Assembly (NCBI GenBank): GCA_963772725.1
Contig: CAVYYI010000001.1
Coordinates: 1,024,001 to 1,088,000, forward strand
Reading direction: 5' to 3'
Length of the DNA: 64,000 bases
DNA from: an uncultured Phycisphaerales bacterium
GTDB lineage: Bacteria > Planctomycetota > Phycisphaerae > Sedimentisphaerales > Anaerobacaceae
How positions within the stretch are numbered: the stretch's first letter is position 1; each line of letters starts with the position of its first letter. The notes under the pieces were generated by a model. That model saw only the letters and a program-made list of their open reading frames with translations, did not search any database and was not told the DNA's origin. Shown piece after piece: positions 44,068 to 54,169 of this stretch. The translations under genes and the position numbers were made by a program.

Positions 44068-45268
44068 CATAAAAAAGTTTTTCGACAACGCGGGCTTAAG
44101 CACTAATCCCCAAACGGATAAGGCCATCCTCGATAAAGTGCTGCAAGCCTGCGAGCAAACACAAAACAAATCCTCAGCGATATATTCGCTGAACAAATGG
44201 AGAATTATCATGAAAAGCAAAATAACAAAACTTGCCGTTGCCGCGGTAATAATTATTGCTGTGCTTATTGGTATAAATCAATTCGGCGGATCGATTGACG
44301 GAACAACTGTAGCTTGGGCAGAAGTATTACACAGACTTAATGATGTTAACCATGTACACTTTTACGAAATAACAACGAATAAAGGAAGTGAATTCCCTTC
44401 TATTCGCGAAGGATGGTATGCTCATGGGAAATTACGAAGTCGTAGCTGTGGAGGTTCCGATAGCTATGGAGCCTATCAGTCATTTGATGACGGCCAAACA
44501 TGGATGGTTTTCGATAGACACAATAATATAACTTGTGTTGCAAAATCTACTTTGACAAATTACCCTACCTTTTTCGAAGCAATAACCGGCGGTATTTTAT
44601 CTTTTGAACTCTCACAGTTCAGTGGCAAAACACCTGTATTAGTTAGTTCTGACTTTCTAATTTACGATTTTGATCCACCCCAAGAAGCTACCTGGATTGA
44701 AAAAATTTCTGTAACCGTTGGCAGAAATTCCCTGATGCCAATACAGATCAAAATTTATTATAAATCAAAGATTTGGTATATCGCAAGTGACCTGCTGTTT
44801 TTTGATTATGAAGAACCGGAAAAGCCTTTAGAGTTTTTCACTATGCCAACAGAAACAAAACCACCGCATGGGATTGGGCAGGTTGTTCTGGGAGGGAATC
44901 CAGTTGAAATTGAACTTCATAATGCGCCAGGAATCAAAAAAGCGATTGTTCGCTTACATACAGAATTTGATGGACCAGTTGAAGACCTATTAGCGCCATA
45001 TCGCGAGAGATACGAAATAAATGGTGCCCCTGTTTACTTTATGGAAATAACATTTATCATCGACGAAGGGTACAGAAGTATAACATCCCAAAAATGTCCC
45101 CTTTGGCTTAATCAAGGTACTAAGGCCGCTCTTGGAAAGGATAACTGGCCGGACGGCAAATATCGGAACATTCGTTACACGCCTGTCTTGAGGCCAACTA
45201 ATAAAGAAAATGTATTTACTCTTGAGCTAAGTTGCTGGCTTTGGACAAAAGAAGATGCGATTCAATAG
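44051..45268 (+). CDS. Putative anti-sigma factor 2 with large extracytoplasmic domain
   Basis: Overlaps the ECF2 stop; shared N-terminus, TM helix, then AWAEVL and a beta-rich domain. Confidence 0.7.
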   Translation: MRPTDDIKKFFDNAGLSTNPQTDKAILDKVLQACEQTQNKSSAIYSLNKWRIIMKSKITKLAVAAVIIIAVLIGINQFGGSIDGTTVAWAEVLHRLNDVNHVHFYEITTNKGSEFPSIREGWYAHGKLRSRSCGGSDSYGAYQSFDDGQTWMVFDRHNNITCVAKSTLTNYPTFFEAITGGILSFELSQFSGKTPVLVSSDFLIYDFDPPQEATWIEKISVTVGRNSLMPIQIKIYYKSKIWYIASDLLFFDYEEPEKPLEFFTMPTETKPPHGIGQVVLGGNPVEIELHNAPGIKKAIVRLHTEFDGPVEDLLAPYRERYEINGAPVYFMEITFIIDEGYRSITSQKCPLWLNQGTKAALGKDNWPDGKYRNIRYTPVLRPTNKENVFTLELSCWLWTKEDAIQ

Positions 45269-45271
45269 CTA

Positions 45272-46757
45272 GTCGTCCCTGAAAAATAATTTAACTTTTT
45301 TGTATATAAAGGCTTGCAATTTAAAAATCTGGCGCTAAATTGCAGGGAAATGATATTTATTATTAATTTCCTTGCAAAACATGGAGGTTTTTATGCAGCC
45401 TAAACAACAAAGCAATTCCCAGTCAATGTTATTCACCTCGAAGCTGGAGCAGATACTAAACGAGCAGCATCCTTTATATAAACTGGCAAATATCATCATC
45501 TGGTCAGAGTTTGATGCCGCCTTCGGTAAACTCTATGATCCGGGCTTCGGCAGACCAGCCAAACCCACCCGCCTTATGGCAGGACTTCATTATCTCAAAA
45601 GCGCATATAATCTCAGCGATGAGTCTGTAGTTGAGAGATGGATAGAGAATCCTTACTGGCAGTATTTTTGCGGAGAGCAATATTTTCAGCATGAATTTCC
45701 GATTGACCCAACCAGTATGACCAAATGGCGTAACCGGATTAAGGACGCTGGTATGGAAAAGCTGCTTGAGCAGACCATAAGCGCAGGCCTTAAAACCGGC
45801 ACAGTTAAACCGCATCAGTTAAAAAAGATAGTAGTCGATACAACGGTGCAGGAAAAGGCGACAGCCTTTCCGACCGATGCACGCCTTTATCATAAGATGA
45901 GAGTAAAGCTTGTCAAAAAGGCACAGGATAATGACATAGAACTTAGGCAGAGTTATCAGAGGGTAGCCAAAAGGGCTTTTGTTATGCAGCACAGATTTTC
46001 ACACGCCAGGCAGTTCAAAAAAGCGGATAAGCAATTAAGGAAACTAAAGACCTGTCTGGGAAGAGTTACAAGGGATATAGAGCGTAAGATATTGCAGAAG
46101 CCTCAATTGCAGCAGGAGTTTTCAGAATTGCTCGATATGTCCAGGATGTTATTATCACAGAAACGGGACAGCAGTAACAAGCTATACAGTATTCACCGCC
46201 GGAGGTTAACTGCATAAGCAAGGGCAAGGCACACAAGAAGTATGAGTTTGGCTGTAAGGTGGCACTGGCGTCTCCCGCTCAAAACGCCTTTGTAGTCGCA
46301 GCGGTTGCTTTTGAAGGGAATCCATATGATGGACATACGTTAAAAGATACACTCTCCCAGACGATGAAACTGCTGGATAAAAAAGGTTTTGAAGATGTTT
46401 ATGTTGATGACGGGTACAAAGGTCATGGCTGTGGAGATATTGCGGAGGTTCATATCGTCAAAAGGGGCTGGCGAAAGCTGCCGAGAAGTATTCGAAAGTG
46501 GTACAGCAGGCGAAGTATGATTGAGCCTGTGATAGGACATTGTAAATCTGATAACGGTCTGGACAGAAACTACCTCAAGGGCGTCGAAGGCGATAAGGTT
46601 AATGCGATATTGAGCGCTTGCGGGTTTAATATCCGCAAGTTGCTGCGGAAAATTATTTTTTGGCTTTGCCGGTTTATTCAAAATTTGGGGCTGTCGGCAG
46701 AATTTGCCCAGCTTACATATGCCGCCTGAAACTGAAATCTACTTTTTCAGGGACGAC
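45272..46757 (+). mobile_element. IS5-family insertion sequence
   Basis: Perfect 15-bp IRs GTCGTCCCTGAAAAA / TTTTTCAGGGACGAC with TA on both sides (45270-71, 46758-59). Confidence 0.92.
45393..46729 (+). CDS. IS5 transposase (frameshift near 46196)
   Basis: GRPAKPTRLM, LSDESVVERWIENPYWQYFCG, VDTTVQEK, CISKGKAHKKYEFGCKV, GNPYDGHTL, RRSMIEPVIGH. Confidence 0.93.
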
Positions 46758-46759
46758 TA

Positions 46760-47100
46760 TTTAATGTCCACGATTGATGCACGGTCAATGCACGTTCGAT
46801 GCACGTTTGGTGTTCGCCCATTGTTGTATCTGCTGTAATTGCAGACAGTTATGCGAGTCGTTACCTGTTCGGTTTTGAGTTCATCCTCCGTTCGTTTTTT
46901 GACTATTTTCAAAAAGTTACTTTTTGGGCCATTGACGCGATATCCGCGTTTTTGATTCGGCCACAGGAAGATAACCTCACGTAGCAAACAACGAATAAGC
47001 CTGCCGTTCGAATGCGAAGGCATACGTAAAAAATAAGTATCCAAGCACAAGGCCGCACAAGCAAGTCAGCCTCTGGTCTTAGTAAAGAATTACCCTTCAT
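46760..47100 (-). pseudogene. Degenerate phage-type replication initiator fragment
   Basis: AWI..LRM..H and TTRITVCNYSRYN segments in shifted frames, followed by 11-bp direct repeats; abuts the IS5 end. Confidence 0.4.
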
Positions 47101-47132
47101 AAAACCATAGAGAGACAGCTATATAAAAATTT

Positions 47133-47778
47133 CTAACTTACCAGTATAAACATTGCCATAGCTGTCGCACATATAGGGCATTTAGAACCCGTGAGCCACA
47201 TCCACGACGTTGCCGCAAAGAGGACAAACATAAAAATCTTTTTTCTGGCCTTTCCAATTGTCCAAATTATCGATGGCTGTTTTATACCATTTAGCGTGAA
47301 CGGCTTCGGCTGCCCCTGCATCTTCAAAGGCATCTACGGCAGACTTGATTTTATCTTGCTCTGCTTTAGCTAAAAACTCGGGATACATCACAGTCGATTC
47401 ATGAATTTCACCCTTCATAGCGGCTTCAAGATTTTCCTTTGTTGATTTCACAACCGGAGTTTCAATTTCTGCCTTTGGAGTGCCTCCGAGTTCCTTTATA
47501 ACAGCCGCGTGATGTTCAAAATGGACATGCTCAGCTCTGGCTGCCGCCCTGAAGAGACTTGCAACCTGCCCGTATCCTTCCTCGTCCGCCTTTTTGGCAA
47601 ATGCCAAATAGCGGGCATTGGCATTGCTCTCACCATTATAGGCAGTTAAAAGATTATCGAGAGTTGCCTTTGAAGCTGACGGTGGTGCCTTTTTCTCGGT
47701 ACAGCCATTGAAAGAAAGGAACAATACCGCCAAAAGTAAGAGAAATGTCCTGCTGGAAATATTTCGTTTGGTTTTCAT
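47133..47778 (-). CDS. Rubrerythrin with lipoprotein signal peptide (extra base near 47196)
   Basis: NLLTAYNGESNANARY, LFRAAARAEHVH, TKENLEAAMKGE, MYPEF, AEAVH, CPLCG..CPIC rubredoxin-like domain; N-terminal LLLLAVLFLSFNG|C. Confidence 0.88.
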
Positions 47779-47918
47779 ATTTATCCCCTTTACAAAAATT
47801 AGAAATTTTCTTACCGCCCTGACCTTACGCATATATTTTACATTGCGGTCAACAACCTTGCAAGAATATATTGTTTATTTTCCTTCGTGGGGAACTTTTC
47901 TTATTCATGCCACTTTCC

Positions 47919-47942
47919 GTAGGGTGGGGTCTTTACCCCGCC
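47919..47942 (+). repeat. GTAG-type REP-like palindrome
   Basis: GTAG-GGTGGGGT-CTTT-ACCCCGCC; related to 22916-22937. Confidence 0.55.
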
Positions 47943-48052
47943 AATAATCTGATGATAAAATAATAAAAAGTGGGGTTGTGCCCCTTAACATGTAAAACTG
48001 ATTCAATATAACAACCATAGACAAATCACTCCTCTCCAATTAGAATAACGAC

Positions 48053-48997
48053 ATGCAGATTTATCCGTTAAAATTTAGGCCGATTTATAAACCCAGAATA
48101 TGGGGCGGGCAGAAGCTCCGCACTTTTTTTAATAAAGACATCCCCGCAAACGAAAAAATCGGTGAAAGCTGGGAACTGGCAGACCTGCCTGATGATAAGT
48201 CCATAATCGCAAACGGTGAATTTGCCGGCCAGCCGCTCTACTCAATCATTAAAAAATATCCAGAGCAGATTACAGGCCAAAAGAATTTTCCCGACCAATT
48301 CCCCCTGCTGATTAAACTCCTCGATGCTCAGGACATACTCAGCGTACAGGTACATCCCGATGATAAAACCTGTCAGCGCACCGGCAAAGGCGTTCCCAAA
48401 ACCGAATGCTGGTATATCATCTCCGCCGAAAGCAACGCCGTCATTTACAGAGGACTTAAAAAAGGTGTGACAAAACCGCAATTCGCCGAGGCCATAAAAA
48501 ACGGAAATGTCGCCGACCTTCTCGAAAAAATAACCGTCACCCAAGGCCAATGCTACTTTCTCCCCGCAGGCACCCCGCATGCCATCGGCGCCGGTTTATT
48601 AATCGCCGAAATCCAAACCCCTTCCGATACCACTTACCGCGTCTTCGACTGGAACCGCACCGATGAATCCGGAAAATCAAGACTTTTGCACATCGATGAA
48701 GCACTCGAAAGTATCAACTTTGAAAAACAGCAAAACCTCCCACCAAAAACAACCGGCCGCCTGGCCGATTGCAAATTCTTCAAAATAGATAAAACCATCA
48801 CTCCCAAAGGAACCAGCGTCCCCATTACACCCGGCAAAATGAAAACGCTGATTATCTTAAGCGGTTCTGGAACAATCCACACCGATGGCTCCGATACGGT
48901 CGAGTTTAACCCAGGCGACACCATCCTCATCCCTGCCGTCTGCAAAGGTTTGATTATATTTGCCAACAAAGCCGAATATCTGACCGTAACCCTCTAA
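48053..48997 (+). CDS. manA: Class I mannose-6-phosphate isomerase
   Basis: PRIWGG, IGESWE, FPLLIKLLDA, LSVQVHP, KTECWY, PAGTPHAIG, EIQTPSDTTYR. Confidence 0.93.
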   Translation: MQIYPLKFRPIYKPRIWGGQKLRTFFNKDIPANEKIGESWELADLPDDKSIIANGEFAGQPLYSIIKKYPEQITGQKNFPDQFPLLIKLLDAQDILSVQVHPDDKTCQRTGKGVPKTECWYIISAESNAVIYRGLKKGVTKPQFAEAIKNGNVADLLEKITVTQGQCYFLPAGTPHAIGAGLLIAEIQTPSDTTYRVFDWNRTDESGKSRLLHIDEALESINFEKQQNLPPKTTGRLADCKFFKIDKTITPKGTSVPITPGKMKTLIILSGSGTIHTDGSDTVEFNPGDTILIPAVCKGLIIFANKAEYLTVTL

Positions 48998-49043
48998 CCA
49001 AACTCAAAATTATTTTTATCTCTGTGGCTAATATTTTTGCTTT

Positions 49044-50204
49044 TTAATTTTTCTTCCTGATTGCGCCGCGGAGTCCTTCCATTTTCAGAAAACCTTTTTT
49101 CCAGACTATAAAAGCTGAAATAACTACCACCAGAATATAAACTACGCCGGCATACCTCGTCCTGACCTGGCTCATCGCCAATCCTATAAATACGTACACA
49201 CCTGCCAAAGCATAAAAAGTTCTCACCGTCTTTTTAAGCGGCACCCCCCTGTCTATCAACTGGTCGTAAATATGTCCCCTGTCCGAAACAAACAAAGGCC
49301 TGTGATTAACCAATCTCCTCACCATCGCGACCGCCGTATCCAGTATCGGCAGCCCGAACACCACAATTGACGCCATCCACCACCGAACAGCTCCCCTGGC
49401 AAAAAGAATCATTATCGCCGCCATTATAAACCCCAGCAGCATACTCCCAGCGTCTCCCATAAATATCTTCGCCGGATACCGGTTAAAAGGCAAAAATCCG
49501 AATACTCCCCCCACCAGCGCAACGCAAACAATAAGACGCACATGGTCATTCGGGTCATCCAGACCATTGGTTGCCCACGTCGCCAGATGAATCGATAACA
49601 CCAGCATTCCCATCGTGATAATGCCCGTTACCCCCGCGCAAAGCCCATCCAGCCCATCCAGCAGGTTCAGCGAATTTGTCGCGCCAAGGACAAAAAATAC
49701 CACGACCAACACACTTAGAACTATTTCTATATTTGTTGGTATTGTTATACCAAATAAGTAATTAATGAAATAAAGATTGGGCAGGATACCCACAAACACA
49801 AGAATCATCGCCGCGAAAATCTGACCGAGCATTTTCTGACCGGGCTTTAAATTGAAAATATCGTCCACCAAACCTACAAAGCACGCTATAATTGCCCCCG
49901 CAACTATCCCAAGCAGCCATTTTATCATCTCACGTGAAAGCTGCATATCACCAAGAAAATAGATGCTTACCAGTATCCCCCCGCACAAACCTGCCAGGAT
50001 TCCCAAACCGCCAAGATACGCCACCGGCTCTTTATGAGTCTTCACAAGGTCGTCGGGCTTGTCCACAATTCCAAACCTTATCGCGATTTTTTTGCACAGC
50101 CAGGTCGCCGCCAGTGAACCTGCGAAAGATACCGCCAATACCGGCCAAAATCTAAATACCCACGTAACAGGCCGCTCAGGCCCGATAATACTATCGAAAA
50201 TCAT
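49044..50204 (-). CDS. MraY/WecA-family undecaprenyl-phosphate sugar-1-phosphate transferase
   Basis: GLVDDI, NSLNLLDGLDGL, PAKIFMGDAGS, PILDT, DRGHI. Confidence 0.9.
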   Translation of the reverse strand: MIFDSIIGPERPVTWVFRFWPVLAVSFAGSLAATWLCKKIAIRFGIVDKPDDLVKTHKEPVAYLGGLGILAGLCGGILVSIYFLGDMQLSREMIKWLLGIVAGAIIACFVGLVDDIFNLKPGQKMLGQIFAAMILVFVGILPNLYFINYLFGITIPTNIEIVLSVLVVVFFVLGATNSLNLLDGLDGLCAGVTGIITMGMLVLSIHLATWATNGLDDPNDHVRLIVCVALVGGVFGFLPFNRYPAKIFMGDAGSMLLGFIMAAIMILFARGAVRWWMASIVVFGLPILDTAVAMVRRLVNHRPLFVSDRGHIYDQLIDRGVPLKKTVRTFYALAGVYVFIGLAMSQVRTRYAGVVYILVVVISAFIVWKKGFLKMEGLRGAIRKKN

Positions 50205-51214
50205 TTTACGCCTCTGTTCATTTCACCTTCCAGCCATACTTCGCCGTCATAACGAAGCATTATCAGCTTATCACTGAAATCACCAAAACCGATTTGCGGC
50301 CTTTTATCAAGAACCTCTTGCAATACCCATTTGGCGAAATCCGCACCTGCCTTGATTGATAAAGGCACCCCCCCTCCAAATCGCGGATTTATCTCGATAA
50401 TTTTTATCTTATTATCCGATGTTAAAAACAACTGAATGGTTATAACTCCCGGCCCGGCGCCGAGTTTCTCAACCAGTTTCGCCGCTTCTTTCATTATGTG
50501 AGAATTCTTAACCGTCTGCGCCTTGCTCACCTCGCCGCTTCTTACCTCAATGCGCCTCCTCGGCACCACACAGCGAACCTTCATATCGAAATCCACATAC
50601 ACATCGCACGTATATTCTGTGCCTTTAATAAATTCCTGCGCTATGCAGTTCGGTATCCTCTTACTCAAACACGTCAGTTCGCTGCGATTATGAACAACTG
50701 CCGTCCCCTTGCTCGCGTAACCATCCCATGGCTTTAAAAAAACCGGCCACTCAATCCTCTTCTTCCTTAATGCCGCCCTCGCACTTTTTGTTACAGGCGT
50801 ATCAAATCCGTTTCTCCGCAAAAAGCGATACATCTGCCTTTTATCCTGGCATATATCAACCACCTCCGGCGATGAAATCAGAACTCGACAGCCAAGCTTT
50901 TCAAATTTTGCTTTATTTCTCGCCAGAAGTTTAAGGTCCAAATCAACCGTGGGAACCAGCAATCTCACTTTGTCGGATTTAACTATGGCCAGCAATTGGC
51001 CTATATAATCGGCGTGTTTCGTCGGCTTAACTATAAAGCCCTTATCGCACAATTGCAGCGCCGAACTAAGTTCCGTTGTGTCCGTTCCGAACACCAGGCT
51101 TTTTATCCTTAATTCCTTCGCCGCTCTGCGAAAATTATTCAGCAGAGAAACCCTTCTGCCTATACACGTAAATAAAATATTTATCTCACTGCGACCGGTC
51201 TTTGTCTTAATCAT
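50201..51214 (-). CDS. ATP-grasp protein (carbamoyl-phosphate synthase-like)
   Basis: ILFTCIGRRVSL, CQDK, PVFLKP..G.ASKG, QEFIKGTEYTCD, IEINPRFGGG. Confidence 0.88.
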   Translation of the reverse strand: MIKTKTGRSEINILFTCIGRRVSLLNNFRRAAKELRIKSLVFGTDTTELSSALQLCDKGFIVKPTKHADYIGQLLAIVKSDKVRLLVPTVDLDLKLLARNKAKFEKLGCRVLISSPEVVDICQDKRQMYRFLRRNGFDTPVTKSARAALRKKRIEWPVFLKPWDGYASKGTAVVHNRSELTCLSKRIPNCIAQEFIKGTEYTCDVYVDFDMKVRCVVPRRRIEVRSGEVSKAQTVKNSHIMKEAAKLVEKLGAGPGVITIQLFLTSDNKIKIIEINPRFGGGVPLSIKAGADFAKWVLQEVLDKRPQIGFGDFSDKLIMLRYDGEVWLEGEMNRGVK

Positions 51215-51771
51215 TCCTATTTTCCAATTCCCTTACCTGCTGCAATAAATAATGCACAACAACGAATATGGGACTCTCTTAACATATTCTTTCTGTATTC
51301 TGGACTTCTATATTCTGGACTTCTTTTCTAATCATAGTATTTGCCTATAAATAGTCAATCGGATTATTATCGTGTCCGCTTTAATATTATCGGGTTTTAA
51401 CACATATCCCAAACGCCTGATTTCTTCTGTTTTTTTTGAACTCATAACAATTTTGAAGAAAGATTTGTGTTTTTTTGCAGCATAGAATAATATAACAATT
51501 CGACGACAACGCTAAAGCCGGCTTCGATGCAAACTCAAAGGGCCAGGCAATTCCAACCCACGGCCTTTTTTTTATCTAAAATCCCACACCATCAATCGAA
51601 ATAATCTTCACTAATAATGGTGGGGAAGTTTTTGTTCAACCATTTTTCCGTTCTGCGGTAAGGGAAAATTCTATTCTGGAATATTCCTGTTAATGAACAT
51701 TTCTATTTTTAGAACAACAGCCGTCCATAGACGTATAATTTATCAGGGATAAAAGAAAAAGGAGGCTTAGT

Positions 51772-52266
51772 ATGGAAACAGAATTGGAAAAAGCAATGCG
51801 TGATTTGACGTTCAGGATGCGGCTTATCAAGGCCGGCCAGGAAGAACAGGTTGAGCAGGTATGCCTGACGGAACGCGAGATGCTGATACTTGAGTTATTG
51901 AGCGAAAACAGCGAAATGGCGGTTTCGCAGCTCTCGGCAGCAGATCCGACGGCCAGCGACAGCACGATTTCAAGCACAATAACAAAACTCTGGCGAAACA
52001 AGAAAATGGTTACTAAGACCATAAGCCCTGAAAACCAGAGAACGACGATAATCGGACTGACCGACAAAGGCAGAGATGTAATCGAATCGCTTAATAAACA
52101 GCAGAACGAACGATTCCAAAAATTCATCGAGGCAATCAATGTAACCCCAGACGAAAAGATGGTAATGCTGAATGTATTTAAACGCGCAAATCGTTTCTTT
52201 GACAACCACCTCAGAATTAATAATCACTATAAGAAAGAAGCGGAACCTATTAAAATGAGGGCTTAA
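51772..52266 (+). CDS. MarR-family winged-helix regulator
   Basis: LTEREMLILELL, STISSTITKL, PENQRTTIIGLTDKG; AGGAGG SD. Confidence 0.85.
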   Translation: METELEKAMRDLTFRMRLIKAGQEEQVEQVCLTEREMLILELLSENSEMAVSQLSAADPTASDSTISSTITKLWRNKKMVTKTISPENQRTTIIGLTDKGRDVIESLNKQQNERFQKFIEAINVTPDEKMVMLNVFKRANRFFDNHLRINNHYKKEAEPIKMRA

Positions 52267-52292
52267 AACCCGCCATAGAAAGGCGGTGACTT

Positions 52293-54059
52293 ATGTTTAT
52301 GATGAAACAGAAAAATATTAAACATTTGCTTATGGATGGCAGCATGATAATTTTAATCATGCTCGCACAATCCGCTTTTGCACGGGGCGGAGGCGACAGA
52401 GGCGGCAGAACAGAGGGAGGCGGTTTTTCTGAGAGACCGCAAATATCCCAGAGTTCCTCGCAGTTCACAGGCGTAAGACAAAACGTTATGGGCACCAGAC
52501 AGAACGTGATGGACACGAGGGAAAATGTTATGGGCACCAGAGAACATGTTTATTCTGCTCCGCGAACCGTTATAGAACCCCAGATAAGAGAGAATAGTTT
52601 TCAGCCCGCGAGAGAAAGCAGACGCTTCATACGCGACAGCAGAATCAGCAGTCCCGAAACAAGGCAATCGCGAAGTACATTCAGCAGCGATAGAATATCT
52701 CGTGAAGATTTAGGCAGCAGGATGAATGTAAGAGACCAGTCGGATACCGAAAGAAGGACAGAGAGAGGTTCAAACAATTTGAGTCCCTCTTCAATCGCAA
52801 GCGAGCGGCGCAACGCAGGTATCTCACAAAGAGAATCAGCCATAACAGCCAGAGAGTTTCAAAGACCGGCTGAAAACGACCCGATAAGAACAAATACCGG
52901 CGGTAATATAATGGTGTTCTCACCCGACAGAAGTTCCGCGAGAAGCGGGATTTCCCATCGTAATGAAACCACAAAAAGAGATAGCCAATTCAAATCGATA
53001 GGCAGGAGTACGACTCTGAATCATGAGAATATCGGCCTCAACGTCGTTAACAGCATATCTCCCCGTGATACGATACAAAGAAGCAGTTCATGGTCAGGCA
53101 CAAGAGACAATTTCAGCCATAACCAAATCGATGGACACTTCAGGGATGGACATTTTATTAACGCCCATCGCCACGAGTTTGTCTTCCATGACCGTGATCA
53201 TGATGATTTTATTTGCCATCGGATTGTAACACCAGACTTCTTCTTTACAGCATCTTTCGGCTTTGGCTCATGGCGCACATCTTGTTCAATATATCCATAC
53301 TATCACCGCGGATTTCTCTTTGTAAATCCGTGCGGATACTGGCCCGGCTACACGTATCGGCGCTATTACTGGTACGGGTGCTATCCGTATTACTGGTACG
53401 GCTACAATCCTATCCCGTATGGATACGATTATAGCTACGGCGGCGATACCTATAACTATTACACATACAACTACGGCAGCGACAGCAACACAGCATCGCA
53501 GCCCAGCGGCAATTATGACAACAGCCAGGTTCAGGTTCAACCGCCTGTGCCCAAAACTTCGGCGGATGAGTACTTCGACCAGGGCGTCAAGGCTTTCGGC
53601 TCAGACGATTATAAAACCGCGATAGCAAAATTCGCAGATGCAACCAGACTTTCACCTGATGATAAAGTTCTGCCGTTCGCTTATTCACAGGCATTCTTAG
53701 CGAATGGGGATTACGAAGCGGCGGCAATAGAACTTAGAGCGGCACTTGCGAAAGTCGACTCTGTAAGTCAGGGCGTATTCTATCCTCGCGGATTGTATTC
53801 AAGCGATGATGTCCTCCTGAAACAGATTGACACACTGAGCGAAAAGGCAAGTCAGAATCCACAGGATGCGAATTTACAGCTTCTGCTTGGTTATCAGCAG
53901 CTCGGCATCGGTGAGCTTGATAAGGCCGCTGAACCACTGAAGAACGCCAGCCTTGACTCTCTGAACGGCGACGCAGCAAAGGCTTTGATGCAGCTTCTGA
54001 GTAAACTCCAATCTGCTGAAACTACAGCCGCGGCACCTGCGAGTGAACCATCCAAATAA
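52293..54059 (+). CDS. Secreted protein with disordered Arg/Ser region, Tyr-rich segment and C-terminal TPRs
   Basis: Signal peptide (AFA|RGGG), heptad repeats, YYWYG-rich block, TPR-like helices (GVKAFGSDDYKTA, ANLQLLLGY). Confidence 0.8.
   Translation: MFMMKQKNIKHLLMDGSMIILIMLAQSAFARGGGDRGGRTEGGGFSERPQISQSSSQFTGVRQNVMGTRQNVMDTRENVMGTREHVYSAPRTVIEPQIRENSFQPARESRRFIRDSRISSPETRQSRSTFSSDRISREDLGSRMNVRDQSDTERRTERGSNNLSPSSIASERRNAGISQRESAITAREFQRPAENDPIRTNTGGNIMVFSPDRSSARSGISHRNETTKRDSQFKSIGRSTTLNHENIGLNVVNSISPRDTIQRSSSWSGTRDNFSHNQIDGHFRDGHFINAHRHEFVFHDRDHDDFICHRIVTPDFFFTASFGFGSWRTSCSIYPYYHRGFLFVNPCGYWPGYTYRRYYWYGCYPYYWYGYNPIPYGYDYSYGGDTYNYYTYNYGSDSNTASQPSGNYDNSQVQVQPPVPKTSADEYFDQGVKAFGSDDYKTAIAKFADATRLSPDDKVLPFAYSQAFLANGDYEAAAIELRAALAKVDSVSQGVFYPRGLYSSDDVLLKQIDTLSEKASQNPQDANLQLLLGYQQLGIGELDKAAEPLKNASLDSLNGDAAKALMQLLSKLQSAETTAAAPASEPSK
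52476..52550 (+). repeat. In-frame 21-bp tandem repeat (RQNVMGT, about 3.5 copies)
   Basis: RQNVMGT-RQNVMDT-RENVMGT-REHV. Confidence 0.8.
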
Positions 54060-54081
54060 CAAATATTCTGACCGAGGTTAA

Positions 54082-54127
54082 ACCGCTAAATCCTCACATT
54101 CTTCGGAATGTGAGCGAGTTTAGCGGT
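54082..54127. terminator. Long hairpin with C(UUCG)G loop between convergent genes
   Basis: ACCGCTAAA-TC-CTCACATTC-TTCG-GAATGTGAG-CGAG-TTTAGCGGT. Confidence 0.6.
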
Positions 54128-54169
54128 GGAATGAGCTACGAAACTAATTCTCTTAGCCTCACCCGCTTG

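Noticed and set aside
47779..47832. Upstream start of rubrerythrin at 47832
   Set aside because: ATG 47778 has an AAGGGG SD and gives a normal-length lipoprotein signal.
51495..51575. c-di-GMP or other known riboswitch
   Set aside because: Lacks the GGCAAAC/GAAA/GACGCAAAG core and other signatures I can recognise; kept only as a low-interest structured element.
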